DNA from: Lama guanicoe
Lineage: Eukaryota
Length of the DNA: 64,000 nt
Direction: 5' to 3'
Assembly: GCA_013239625.1 (NCBI GenBank)
Contig: MU054212.1
Location: 8,003,412 to 8,067,411, forward strand
Notes under the pieces: model-generated
What the model was told of the DNA's origin: nothing
Seen by the model: the letters and a program-made list of their open reading frames with translations, nothing else
Databases searched by the model: none
Translations under genes and position numbers: made by a program
Part shown: piece after piece, positions 13,362-25,836 of the stretch
Layout: each line of letters begins with the position of its first letter
Numbering within the stretch: position 1 is the stretch's first letter

Positions 13362-13459
13362 CAGCCGGCTCAGCAGAGAAGCGCTCCTGACATCTCCTTC
13401 ACCATTGATGCAAACAAGCAGCAAAGGCAGCTGATCGCAGAGCTAGAAAACAAGAACAG
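13362..13459 (+). CDS. DTNA: DTNA exon: [32 protein letters not shown](R)
   Basis: Acceptor ttacag|CAG, donor AG|gtaagg. 98 nt, phase 0 to 2. Start of the first coiled coil. Confidence 0.96.
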
Positions 13460-14104
13460 GTAAGGCCCTTTGGCCGTGCTGGCTTTCTTGATCCAAATAT
13501 GCGTTCATTGATAATCTAGAGTCATGCTTTCAAACACCCAGGTTTTTTCACCCTGTGTGCACAGTCAGGGGAAGCCGTCTGGAGCCAGCGATGCTGGCTT
13601 CTGAAAAGCTAATCTTTCCATTTCCGATCTTCAGAAGCTTCACGAGGGGAAACAAATATTTATATATTTCTGAGATGTCAATGCAATTAATGTTTTCTCC
13701 CTAGACAGTCTCATTTCCCTTTTTCTGACATCTTATTTTGGTTAAGGAGCCATCTAATGCAGAAGGGCCCTTCTAGGGGCTGGGGGGAAAGTATTTCAGC
13801 CACCCAGAGACAAGTAGAAGGCTCGCCGGGTCGGGGGGTCCCCTGAGGATCCCAGGCTAAAGAGGCATTTGGAGTGACACCACTGTCAACCAGTTGTTCA
13901 AGCCAAACATTGCCACGTCCAGTTCATCAGTAAGTCCTCTCTTTGTTCAACACAGGATGACTCACAGTCTGCCCCCCATGGCAGGTGTCCAAAACCATCC
14001 ACTTCAACTCCACCACTACCACGCGATCTCACCTGTCATTTTATAAAGCGTAAATCATGTTATTTCCTGTTCAAAACCCTCTGGTGATTTTCCATCACAC
14101 TTTG

Positions 14105-14237
14105 TGGGGTTTCCCTTAATTTTTATTTATTTATTTGTTTGTTTGTTTGTGTTTAATGGCGGTGCTGGGGATTGAACCCGGGACCTCATGCATGCTAAGC
14201 ACACGCTCTACCACTTGAGCTATATCCCCACTCCCAC
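14105..14237 (-). mobile_element. tRNA-derived SINE (Vic-1-like)
   Basis: Reverse-strand A and B boxes. Perfect 16-bp TSD tttccatcacactttg at 14089-14104 and 14238-14253. Confidence 0.9.
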
Positions 14238-16893
14238 TTTCCATCACACTTTGACTAAAACTCACCCCTCTTACCATGATCTGCATGTCCTACCTGACCT
14301 GATCCCTGCCTCCCTTTCCAGCCACAGCCCACCTTGTTCTTTACACACCTGCTTCTTTCTTCCTTCACAGCCTTTGAAGTCCTGGTTGTCCTCTCAGCTT
14401 AGAAAGCTCTTCCTCAGGGTCTCTGCATGATGGTCCCTTGTCATTGCTCAGGTCTCAGCTCAAGTGTCAGCTCCTAAAAGACCACCTATCTAATCTTTAC
14501 CCGCTACCTCCTACCCGAGGAACCACCCTCTGTACATCTGTGTATGTGTGTCTGTGACATCACTATCTGAAAAAATAGCTTATTAGTGTGTTTCCTTTTT
14601 ATTGTATGTCTTCCCTGACTGATATGGAAGTTCTTTGAGAACAGAGCCCATGCTAAATAGCCCCTTGGTTCCTGAGCCATGCCTGGTACACTGTACAAGC
14701 TCAGTAAATACATACTGAGTGAGAAAAAAATAAATAGCTGAGTCAGATCTCAAACTCCATGCTGAGTAAGCCCCGCATGGGAACAACTTGTACATTCTAT
14801 GTTTCTTAAAACAGCACCCAACTATCTTAATGCTAATCTCCTTTGTAAGCACTGATGTCATTTCTGAGATCAAACTGGTAAAGGGGGTAGGTTGTGATCA
14901 CAGTTTCATGCCTGTAGAGTTGGACCTGAGAATTTGGGGATAAACGGTCAAAGTATTCTTTAAAGTTCAGTAGGAAAAAATTAAAAGGAAAGTACAGCTT
15001 TGGTTGACACATTTTTATATTCTTAGGGAAAAAAGACTAAAGCAAAAACTCAAAAGCTCACAAATAGCTTATCTGGGTTGCAGTGTTGACCGCCTCTCCC
15101 GCCTCTCCCGTAAAGCACTCTGTCTCCCCTGTTACTCCTCTGCTTCCACTCAGCCTGGGGTCTTGAGGGGACATTGGGACTTCCTTTAAGGAAGTACTCC
15201 AGGAGTGTCCGCCTCCCTGTGGGATTCCACAGCCAGCAAGAAGCCCCATGGCCATGCTGACGGCCCTGTCTGTGCCATGCTGCAACTCTCACTGCTTGCT
15301 TCTAGGACATTTGGGGACGGCACTCTGAATGCACGTTTTTAGACCCAGGGAGAGAATAAAGCAACGGGACTGAGAAGAGCTGACAGGAAGAGAGCTTCCT
15401 CCTGTCCCTGAGTTATTTCCCTAACCCATTCGTGAAGAGCCTCCAGTCCACCCTGAACTCATCTCTCTATGCCAGCAGCCTTCAGCCTCCCAAACCCCCC
15501 AGAACCACATCTCAGAAGCTCATCCAGGTCACCTTCCTGCCCCATGGAAATCACCCAGGGATCCTATGATCTCCAAAGTGCCAGTTAACCCCATAATCAG
15601 ATCTCTGGGCTTCTGGGGAGGATGGAGTTTCTCGCTTTACTTCATGGCTGCCCTAGGTAATTCCTGGCCATTTCAGCAATGCCCTTTAGAAGATAATGCT
15701 TCTTTGTAGCATCCTTAGAGGAGCCAGTTGATGTCAGTATTAGAAATAACAGGACTCTTCACATTACACTGTATATTTCACAGCCTGCCTAGGCTAGACC
15801 TGTCAGGATTTCTTTTAAAGGGAGTTTTCCACTACAGAACACCAAAGGGGACCAAGAAAAAGTTGAAAACCACTGAATTATACCCTGAGAGGTGTAGTGA
15901 CCCACTGGTCATTAGCTCCTTGAATCTGGTGTGTTTGTGAAGCCAGAGGTTGTAAATCAGCCTTTCAGATGAGAAGCCATCGGCCCCCTTGCTCACCAAG
16001 TTCACCTTCCATCCTGGGCGCTTTGTTCTGTCTTACTGGCTCCTGTGCATTTCGCTGGAGGGGAGACTGACCCCTCCCCCGAGAATCTGTGACTTGTAAC
16101 CTTGCTTAATGGCTTCTAACTCACTTAGGGATAATGTGGCTGGCATCGGTCACCTATCCTTTCTGGCCGGCCTAATGTTCACCTCAACGGCAGGGCAGCC
16201 CAGCCCCCAACATCATTAATAGAGTGACATGTCTCACCCCTGACAGGGGTCACACCAAGAACTCTCATGCCACAGACTCAATTATAGCAAATCCTTTTAA
16301 AAGCACTTTTCTCCTAAGGCTGCCCTCGTTGAAATCCATTGTGAAGACTGGAACTGTTAAGAAAAAGAGAAAGAATGTGGCCTCACTGGGGGCTTCTCCG
16401 ATAAATTCAGTGAGAGGAGTTTCATTCCTGGTGAGAGAATGGGGTTATTTAGTTTTGTAAAATGAGCACCATTTATCCTTATTTTCCTGCCAAGCACCTC
16501 TTACTTGGTAGCTGCAGGGACTTTACCATGTCGGGCTGTGATCATAAATCAAAGGAAGATTCATTTTTGTCTCTTAAGCCGTGCACGTTTCAAAGTTGAA
16601 CACATTAGCACGGCATTCTATTACTTACTAGCGCGATGATGAGGTCCTGGTGAGAACCTTCAGCCTGAGGGCTCCGGTGGCATACTGCCGAGTCTTCGTG
16701 GTTTGGATGTCCTGGAGATGAAGGTGGTGTCCCCACACCCTTAGCACCCAACTAGCTCCAGTCAGCTCGGTTGGTTAGTGAGGGGTGGCTCTGCTCCAGG
16801 ACGTAGGGTGAGCCCTGCTTCCTTGGCTCTGACGGCTCGAGATGCTCTCTGAGTTAACTGACCAGCTTTCTTACCTTCCTCCTCTCTCCCAAG

Positions 16894-17007
16894 AGAAATC
16901 TTACAGGAGATCCAGAGGCTTCGGCTCGAGCACGAACAAGCTTCTCAGCCCACGCCAGAGAAGGCGCAGCAAAACCCCACTCTGCTGGCGGAACTCCGGC
17001 TCCTCAG
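16894..17007 (+). CDS. DTNA: DTNA exon: (R)[37 protein letters not shown](R)
   Basis: Acceptor ctctctcccaag|A, donor AG|gtaagg. 114 nt, phase 2 to 2. Confidence 0.97.
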
Positions 17008-17284
17008 GTAAGGAAAGGCTCCCCAGCATCCCAAGAAGGACAGGTGTGTGAGATCTTCACGGAAGCCTCCCAGTGTCCACCAGAACACCGTCCTCGCCCA
17101 CTCTGGTGGCTGCGGTTTGGCCTTTTTTTTTTTTAATAGCACACACCTCGTGGCTGAGATCTGGGGGGCTCGGTGGGAAGGCTGTATTTTATTTTTTCCT
17201 TTGACACAGAGAAAAGGAAACAGCATTCTTTAGCTCCAAAATAAAATGTTTCCCTGGGGAAAAAAATTTTTTTATAGTGCACTA

Positions 17285-17556
17285 TTTTTTAATTGAAATA
17301 CACCTGATGTACAATAGTACATATACAATATATATTATACAATAATGGTGTGTGATATAGTGATTTATAACTTTTAAAGGTTATACCCCATGTATAGTTG
17401 TTATAAAATATTGGCTATATTCCCTGTGTTGTACAATATATCCTTGTAGTTTATTTTCGACATAATAATTTGTACCCCTTAATCCCCTACCCCTATGTGG
17501 CCCCTCCCTGCTTCCCTCCCCTCACTGGTCACCACTACTTTCTTCTCTATATCTGT
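17285..17556 (-). mobile_element. L1 3' end fragment
   Basis: Starts with poly-T, then reverse L1 3' UTR motifs (aaaatattggctatattccctgtgttgtacaatatatccttg). Confidence 0.8.
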
Positions 17557-20314
17557 CTCATGGGAAGAAGTTTGAACTCAACTCTTTTTCGTTATCTGCA
17601 CTAACAACAGTATGTTTATGATAAAAAGTGATCAACCAGACAAACACGTAAACAACTAAAGAATCATCACAGGTTTTGAAATTTACAAACTTACCTGGGA
17701 CCCATAAGTTTTCTCTAAATCTTGGTCCCTGATAGCTTCACATAGCTGCCTATCTTCTGGTTCTACCAATGAATGTAAATGCCTGGTGTTATCTAGTCTG
17801 TCATCATGAAAGATCTGAGTTGGGAAGGACCTAAGAAGGTCATGTGGTTCAACCCCTGAATTTCAGGGCACTTCTCAGAGTCAGACGAGGAGAGAGCAGT
17901 GGGATGTGGATGAGAATTGCGGTGCCTCCGCTGTGCCCACGTGCAGACAGAAAGCCACGCTGTGGGCTCCACATCACACTTACCACCACACCCTGAATAC
18001 GGCACATAATTCCAGCCTGTCTGTGCAGAAAACAACACAGACATAAACTCAAAGACATTCCCCCTTGGAAATGTCCTATTTCTCAAGGCACTTGTAATTA
18101 GCAAGTATGACATTCTTTCCATCTTTCAGTTTGAGTGCCAAGTATTTTTCAGGTGTATCTAACTTGGAGGCACACTTTTTGCAGTAAATACGGATGCCTC
18201 TTTTCAGAAACCCTTGTCAGAATTAGGGTGCCACTTACTTCCTCCATACAGAGAGACTAAAGGAAGCAGGTTCATTATGGCTATATTTGGGTTTTCCCAA
18301 ATCCCTGCTGATTATAGTCAGGGATGTTCCTGGGAGTTCCACCCTAGCCCTGCTCTTTGGACACGTTAGTATCTGGGGACTCAGCCCACCTGGCCAGGCT
18401 GCAGGCGCTTCCTCTCAGCTGGGATCCAGCCTCCCAGGTTCATGTCCCTGGCTGGAGACGCTAACCCACCAAAGGCTTGAGTTATAGAAAGATCTGCAGA
18501 ACTGGTAGCTTGTAGAGAAGAGGTCACATCATACTTTAGAAGAATAACAGAATTTAATGGAAGAAACATTGATTCTCCCTGTTCCACCTATGTGATTTCT
18601 GATCCTCCCTTCAGAGGGGTGTATTAGAAATCCTTGCACGTTCCATGACACCGTGACCCAGAAGGGATGAAAATAGAAAAGAAGGAAAAAGTGATGTTTT
18701 ACACTCTCCTCCTTCTCAAAAGCATATAAAAGTAAATTATTGCCTGGAAGCATCCTTTGTCAAATAGGATTACGTAGGCCCTCCGGACTCACAAGTTAAG
18801 AAAGTGGAGTCTAGTGTACACAGAAATATAACGGAATAAACCAACTTGGAAATAGAATAGTCATTTTCATCTATACCTCAGGGCACCCTATCTCTGCCTG
18901 GAATGTACTTTACATCTCTTCCATTGGTCGCCCCACTCTCACAGAATTTGTGGTCTGACAGGAAAATGACATAAATCAAATAATCACGCAAAGAATATAA
19001 TTCTGAACCAAGAAAAGTGCTCTAAGTAATCTTCCTTTAAAAAAAAAAAAAGACGTAACTATCAAACCTGCTACGTCAGTCAGAAGAGGCTACCAGGAGG
19101 AAGGATTGTTTGAGTTGAAGCGTGAAAGCAGAGAACACAGGGGATGGGGATTACGGACAGGGACGGGCGCGGGAGCAGCTGCCGGAAGGGGCTCCGGGAG
19201 ACAGATGCTCTGTGTACAAAGACCAAATGGCAAGAGTACATCTGGCACTTTTTTAAGAACCAGAAGGTTTATAGACCTAGAATGTAGTGAACGAAGGGGT
19301 GCCTGGTAAGAGATGGAGCTGAGGATGTAGGCGGGAGTAGACCATGATGCTACGTGGCCATCCAGACCGACTTTGAGGATATTGCTGTCAATCCAACAAC
19401 AGGAAGCCCTTGAGGGATGAGAGTTGCATATCGAGTTGCATATCGAGCCCAGTGGATTAGCTTGTCAGGTCAGACTCACCTGCATCAGAGATCTCACCCC
19501 AGTACTGAACGTTGCTAATCATTGGAAGAATACAGGCAGACAGGAGGCACAGGCAGAGAGAGGTCTGGAACATTCCATGTAGTTCCCCAGGTTTTTTCTT
19601 CCCCTATTGGATGGAGTTTCTGAGGTAATTTTGCAAGGTGATCCAGCGAGCCTTTCCACCATATTGACTTCCACCAACCATGCAGAACTCACTGTCTTCT
19701 CAGTTTGTCCTTATTTTTATTACACGCTCACCAGCATTGTTTTGAACTTATATCTCCGTCTCTCACACCCAAGGACCAAAACTGTTTCCCCCTCATTATT
19801 TTATTTATAGTGTCTTAAAACAAAAGTGCTGAATAGATGTCTGTGGGATGAAGAGATAAACTGCAGAACCAGTGAGACAGCTTAAGAACTGTGTTTGCAA
19901 AGACCATACCATCTTCTATGATGAAGAAAACATTCATTAAATCTGTGAAGCAACTTCACATTACAAATCTTGGGAAAAAACAAGTATAAATTTCCATAGC
20001 TACCCCTTGCCTTAAAAATAAGCATCATTGTCTATACCCCAAAATTTGCATTCTTTTCAGTGCATGTGAAATTATTCTTTGAGAAAACTTATTAATATAA
20101 AGTGGGGTTCTTTTTGTTTTACCAATAAAAATGAAATTATAATCTCTGATGCAAGTCTGTGGTTTCCAAACTTGAATTTCATTAAACCAGTTTCTTAACT
20201 TTTGTTCATAATTTTGGGGGAACAACATAAAGTTGAGTACTTTTTGTTTTACCATATGATGACTGTTTTTAAACTACCGTCATCTGTTACCACAAGTTTC
20301 ATGAGTGGCAGTAT

Positions 20315-20680
20315 GTTTTTTAACTTTTTATTCTGAAAAAAATTTAAGCCTACAGAAGAGTTGTAAGAATATCACAATGAATTTCCTTCCACGCGTCACA
20401 AAGAGATTGCAAACATTTTGCCACGCCATTCTCTATCTCCCTATATATGTTTATATATATAAATTACGTACAGATTTTTGATTAGCAGTTTGAGAGTAAA
20501 TTGCAGACATCATAACCCTTTACCCCTAAATACTTACGTGTATAGTTTCTAAGACAAAAAAGAAGATATTCTCTCATATAACCATGGTACCATCATCAAA
20601 TTCAGGAAAGCTAATATTACCATTTAATATTGTTTAATATACAATACGTATTTTGCCTAATATCCAAACACTGTCCTAAA
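20315..20680 (-). mobile_element. Old L1 (L1MC-like) 3' fragment
   Basis: tttttattctgaaaaaaatttaagcctacagaagagttg…ttgcagacatcat…cccctaaatactt. Confidence 0.6.
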
Positions 20681-22682
20681 GGAAAGTAGGTTTTGACGCA
20701 CATGAAAAATTAGAAATAATCTGACAGTATTTCAGAATATTTAGCTCTGTGAAAAGAAAATCACTTGTTTTCTCATTTCTCCTTGGATGCTATACCACAG
20801 ATTTGTTATCAAACCCACATTTGGTAACCACTGGTGTAAACACTTACAGAATATATTATTAAATTAATGGGTTTTTTTTAAATTGAATTCAGTCAAATGC
20901 ATAAAAGAGTAAATGTCATGTTTTGAAAGAATACTACCATAAGATAAATGCACAAATAAGGTTTCATTCAATGTTGATTAATTATAAGCTAGTATCAGCA
21001 AAGTTTTTCTGATAGTTTTTGGATGCCTCTCTTAATATTTTTTACCTACAATATTAGAAGTTTGCTTCAACCTTCTTCTCAAAGTGCTCTTATGATCAAA
21101 AGACCAAAAATTACAGAGCAGTAGCTAGAAAAGAACTGGAAATAAATCTGAAACATTATCCAGCCTTCTACCAAGCTCTACTGAGAGGAGGTAGTTGGAA
21201 CACTATGTGCAGACAAGGTCAAAGGAGAAACAGATAATGGATTTGTCACTGAAGAATATTCTTGAATTGGGCAAGACTCTCAAAATTACAGTGCTGCAGA
21301 CTAGAAAGAGAAAGACTAAAATAAGATACCATTAAAGTCTATAAAATTATGATGTTCCTTGTCCTCAGGATTCAGAAAAGAGGCGATTGTAAAGGGAATC
21401 AAAGGAAGGATTACTCTGGGAATAAGCTTTAAGTGGCAATAAAAGCCTAAAATATACATATATTCAAGAAGAGTTGAGATGTGTTTATAAATTTTCAATT
21501 CCTAATTCATTATAGAGAAAGCCGATATGAAAGCAAAGTAGAGATGTCTCTCTTACATCCAGAGCCTGTCCTCCCACAGAATATCTTGCAATTGGATGAG
21601 TCATTGACCTAACTCAGTGTGACATTTTTATATTGTCAGTGTTTCATTTCAGAGTCCCTGCTGTAGCTCGACTTATTTCTGTGTCTGTGCCATTGAGACT
21701 AGGCACGTCCATTCATTAACATTAACACATACATGGTTAAAGCATCCACACATTTTTTTAAAATGTAAGCTCCAATATTTCAAAATCAGAGAGAAGCCTT
21801 TGGGGCAAGGAAAAAAATTGCACATATTACTTTTTCACTAACAGTCATGAAATAATAGATTTGAAATTGATTTGGGAAGTACACCTCTACTCAAAAATGT
21901 GAACCATTAATATTCTCCACACCATTTTATTTCTTTTCCCTCCTTGGAAGATATTTTTGGTACCTCTAGTGTCAACATACAGGATAGAATACAGATTGTC
22001 CTTCGTGGTTTTCATTCTCACTGACAGTTTAATAGAAGCTCTGCAAGACAGAACAAAATTAGACACAAGCCTTGTAGATTATTTTCAGTTGGAATAATTG
22101 TGTAAGAACTCCTTTATTCTGACTTCACTCTCTGAAGCCAAACCCAAACCAGAAAATTTAGATTGACTACAAAAACCATATACCATGACTATTTCACCTC
22201 TGAAAGGCGCCACCTTGCATACCAAGAATTGAAGAGGTGACAAATTTACTTTTCTTAATCTTATTTCCATACATACTGAGGTGACCGGTATTTTCTGCAA
22301 GAGTTACATAAGGGTCCTTGGGTTTGGAGCATCTGTGGGATTGGCCTCTTTCAGGGACAGTTTGGTTTTTGTTTGTTATCTGAAGGGGACCCAAAGGCAC
22401 AACACAAGGCCCATGACATAACATGTGTTCAGAAAAGATTTCATTAAATGGTTAATTCAGGGTAGATGGGAGAAATACCCAGTATTACAGACATACCCAT
22501 TACAAACAGACATACCCCCAGGCTGTAATTGCTCATTTATCTAACACCATTTCCCTACCTGGAAACCATGTCAAAGACCCAAAGATGCCCTTTTTCTAGT
22601 GGTCCAGCAGCACCACGAGATTGGAACGTGTGCTTAGCAGTGAGTTGAATGCTGTTTCTGATAACAACTGCTTCTTTCTTAG

Positions 22683-22779
22683 ACAGCGCAAGGATGAGCT
22701 GGAACAGAGAATGTCTGCTCTCCAGGAGAGCCGGAGAGAGCTAATGGTCCAGTTGGAAGGTCTCATGAAGCTACTAAAG
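22683..22779 (+). CDS. DTNA: DTNA exon: (R)[32 protein letters not shown] (second coiled coil, dystrophin-binding)
   Basis: Acceptor cttctttcttag|A, donor AAG|gtaaga. 97 nt, phase 2 to 0. Confidence 0.97.
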
Positions 22780-23712
22780 GTAAGATATTTCAAATAAATG
22801 TTTCTTAGACTTACGACTGTGGCATTTGTTTAAACAAAAATGCACATAATGTGCAATGGTTTTTCCAATTACTATCGTGTGGTTTCCTCCAAGATGTGAT
22901 TTCAAACTCAGCCATAGGACCTTTTCTTAGACATATCAAATGATAGCAGTCAATTATAGGGCTCATTCGCATCCATTTCCTGGAACCAGACTACTGAGGA
23001 CCTTCAGGGGACAACTTCTTGGCTTATTTCCAGTTCCTTATGTCCTTCGAAGTAATAAAACTGGATTTATTCAGAAACATTTTACATGTAATTGCCTTCA
23101 GCAGTTCTGACTAAATTGAACAGAAGCTAATGTCTAATTCAGGAAATGAAGATAAAAGCATGAAATAATTTTGGTGATTATAGTTTCATTAAGAGGAGTG
23201 ACTTTGTTAATGTCAGTAAATTTGATCAAATCTGTGTGGCTTTAGCAGCAAGTCACATAATGTCTGTGGGTTTCAAATGCAAACTGTAAATGGGCAAATC
23301 TCCATACTTTTCTGCAGGGAGAGGGTGATTTCTGAACATCCTCTGCAGAGTGTTGTAATCTCTGATTCTCACTGGGAAGTGGCATTCTTCCTGTCACAAA
23401 TCCTTATTCCCTTTTTCAGTTAAAAATTAGTCTAAATTACATTTCGAGTCAAAAGTAGACTAATTATGGCTGCATGTCCACAGCTGCCCCCACACAGAGG
23501 TTTCAGTGCTCTGTGGTCAGCCTGCCTGATGTAAATAAGCATGAACCAGTACGGATCGGGATGGTGACATTGCAAAGGCAGGGACTAAAATTCTGACAGA
23601 ATGACAAGAGCAGAGTCTCTGAGACAGCTCACTTGTGGGACAAGATGTCCTGCCTTTCAGTCCATGAGTCCCCCACATCCCTGACTCCCCATCATTTATT
23701 GTTCCTGTATTG

Positions 23713-23714
23713 TT

Positions 23715-23786
<72 letters not shown>

Positions 23787-23921
23787 TTTTTTTTTTCTTT
23801 CTCTTTCTTTCTTTATTCTTTCTCTTCTTTCTTTCTCTTTCTTTCTTTCTTTTTTTCCTTTCCCTTCCTTCCCTTTCCTTTTCTTACTTTTCTCTCTCCC
23901 TCCCTTTCTTTTATTTTTTTT
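23713..23921 (+). repeat. (TTTC)n microsatellite of about 18 units plus a degenerate polypyrimidine extension
   Basis: Perfect TTTC array at 23713-23784, then C/T-rich sequence to about 23921. Confidence 0.95.
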
Positions 23922-24660
23922 TACATAAAAAAATTAAATTATTAACAAATATCTGTTGAAACCTACTGTGTCCCAGGCACTGAAGTAAGTGTAACACTGT
24001 TTTCTTTTGTTTTCTTTATTCTTTTTTGTCCCTTAGTCGACTTTTCCTGCCATCAGTGTTGGGAACGCTGTGTCTTTACTAAACCAAATTTACTTTTTAT
24101 TGTACTAGACACATGACATGCAAAAGCCAGTTTTGTTGTACTGTCCATGTTAAGACAGGCCTGGATAATGAATAACCTCTTGCTGTTTCTGCCCTCGTCT
24201 CTCATTTGTTGGTCCAGGAAAGCTCTTTCTGTTTTCCTTTCCAAATACACCAGAGGAAGAGGGCCAGTCGCATCTTTCCCTTCACTGAATGAGGAAACTG
24301 AAAACAGCCCCCTGGGTCTATTCCTATAGCGTCTATCACTGTAGCAACGAGACGGGAGTCTATTTCCCACCAGCCATCTGGGCATCAGCCTAGCCTAACT
24401 GAGCCCAGTCTATAGGGTCAGGATGTAGCAACAGCAGGATGGGGAGAGAAATCATGTTGAAAGATGGTTGGATGCAGGGAGGAAAGAGAGGGGTCTGGAG
24501 TCTCAGATACCTAAATAGACTTGGAAGTCAAGCCTCAAGGTAGAAGAGGCTTGACCTGCCATCCAAGCCGTATTGAGGTTTCCCCACCTTCATTCACTGT
24601 GTACTTGCTCGTATTGGAACCCTGGGTAATCTAACTGTTATTGATTCAATCTTTCTGTAG

Positions 24661-24711
24661 GAAGAAGAATTGAAGCAGGGAGTAAGTTATGTCCCCTACT
24701 GCAGGTCTTAA
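24661..24711 (+). CDS. DTNA: Composite exon: a 21-nt cassette EEELKQG (24661-24681), or read-through to the alpha-dystrobrevin-2 C-terminus EEELKQGVSYVPYCRS*
   Basis: Acceptor ctttctgtag|GAA, internal donor GGA|gtaagt at 24682, TAA at 24709-24711. Matches the known alpha-DB2 terminus. Confidence 0.94.
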   Translation, partial: EEELKQGVSYVPYCRS

Positions 24712-25241
24712 CTAACAGTGGAGGGGCCTGCCGTCCTGCTGTTTTTCTCATTGCTTTTGCCTCTAATGTATGTTCATGCTTCAGTTTGGAAAGAGAAAAA
24801 AAATTACTAATTTGCTTCCTTTTCAATGTAGTGCTTGAATTGAGACGTATACAATTTAGCATTTTTTTTGTAACTATTACTACTGTCAGCATCAAAAGAA
24901 GAGCTATTACATCTTCTAGAAGAGGGAACAAAAACATTAATTTGTTGGAAACTTTTTAGATCTCCAGGGGTCTAGGTTTCAAGCCAGTCTCACACTTTTC
25001 TGGGTTGTTGATCAGACCCTTCTCGTAATAGAAAGACACCCACCCCAGTTACACTAGGTAAAACCCACAGCACTCAGATGCTAACCTTGACATCTTGTCA
25101 TGCTGAGAATATTCAGTTCAGTTTCCATTTTACTGAAAAAGTTATGGAACCTCTTTCTGTAAAAATGAGCCAATTACATCTCTTTTCATTGCATACTTAT
25201 TAAGCCCTGCTCCCCACTGCTCACCGTAAGGTGCCCAGTCT

Positions 25242-25836
25242 AATAAAAGAAAGACTGTGCTTGGTATCTGTTCACTTCCTGTTGTTACGTTCTTCCCGAA
25301 GCAGAATCCCTACCATTAGTTGACAGTAATCTCCAAAGACTAGGTAACTTTCAGCCTTTCTCTTATCACCAAGCACTTTTTGCTCTGGGAGTTCACAAGC
25401 TGTTACATACATACAGTTGTTTCCCTGGGAACAGGAGCCTTGTGACTCTCTCGCTGTAAACTGAACTGTCTGACCACGTGGCCAGGCGCAGAAGCCAGCA
25501 GAGGGAGCAGCGTACTCAAAATATAGTAGTAATAAAAACGAACGCAAAATAAAAGCAGCTTTCATTTCAAGTGCATGTCCCAAGCTGCGTATGACAACAT
25601 GTCCCACTTGTGGACATTCTTTCCATGGATCGATCAGAACCACAGCCTGTCTGATTTCAGCGTACCTTTTACTTCTTCTGTATTCTCTTTCCTATTATTC
25701 ATTGTGTGTGTTTGTGTGTTACAAAGAATGTTTGCAAAATGCTGGACACATTTTTATCCTTCATTCCCCACCCCACCTCCCCGCCCGTCTGTAAAAAAGG
25801 AAAGTGTAAAATGAATCTGTAATGTCAGACAATAAA
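25242..25836 (+). terminator. Candidate polyadenylation signals for the alpha-DB2 terminal exon
   Basis: AATAAA at 25242, 25531 and 25831; the last is followed by T/GT-rich sequence. Another lies at 27268. Which is used cannot be told from sequence. Confidence 0.5.

Noticed and set aside
23633..23959. Phe/Leu/Ser-rich hydrophobic ORFs
   Set aside because: These are translations of the (TTTC)n microsatellite.
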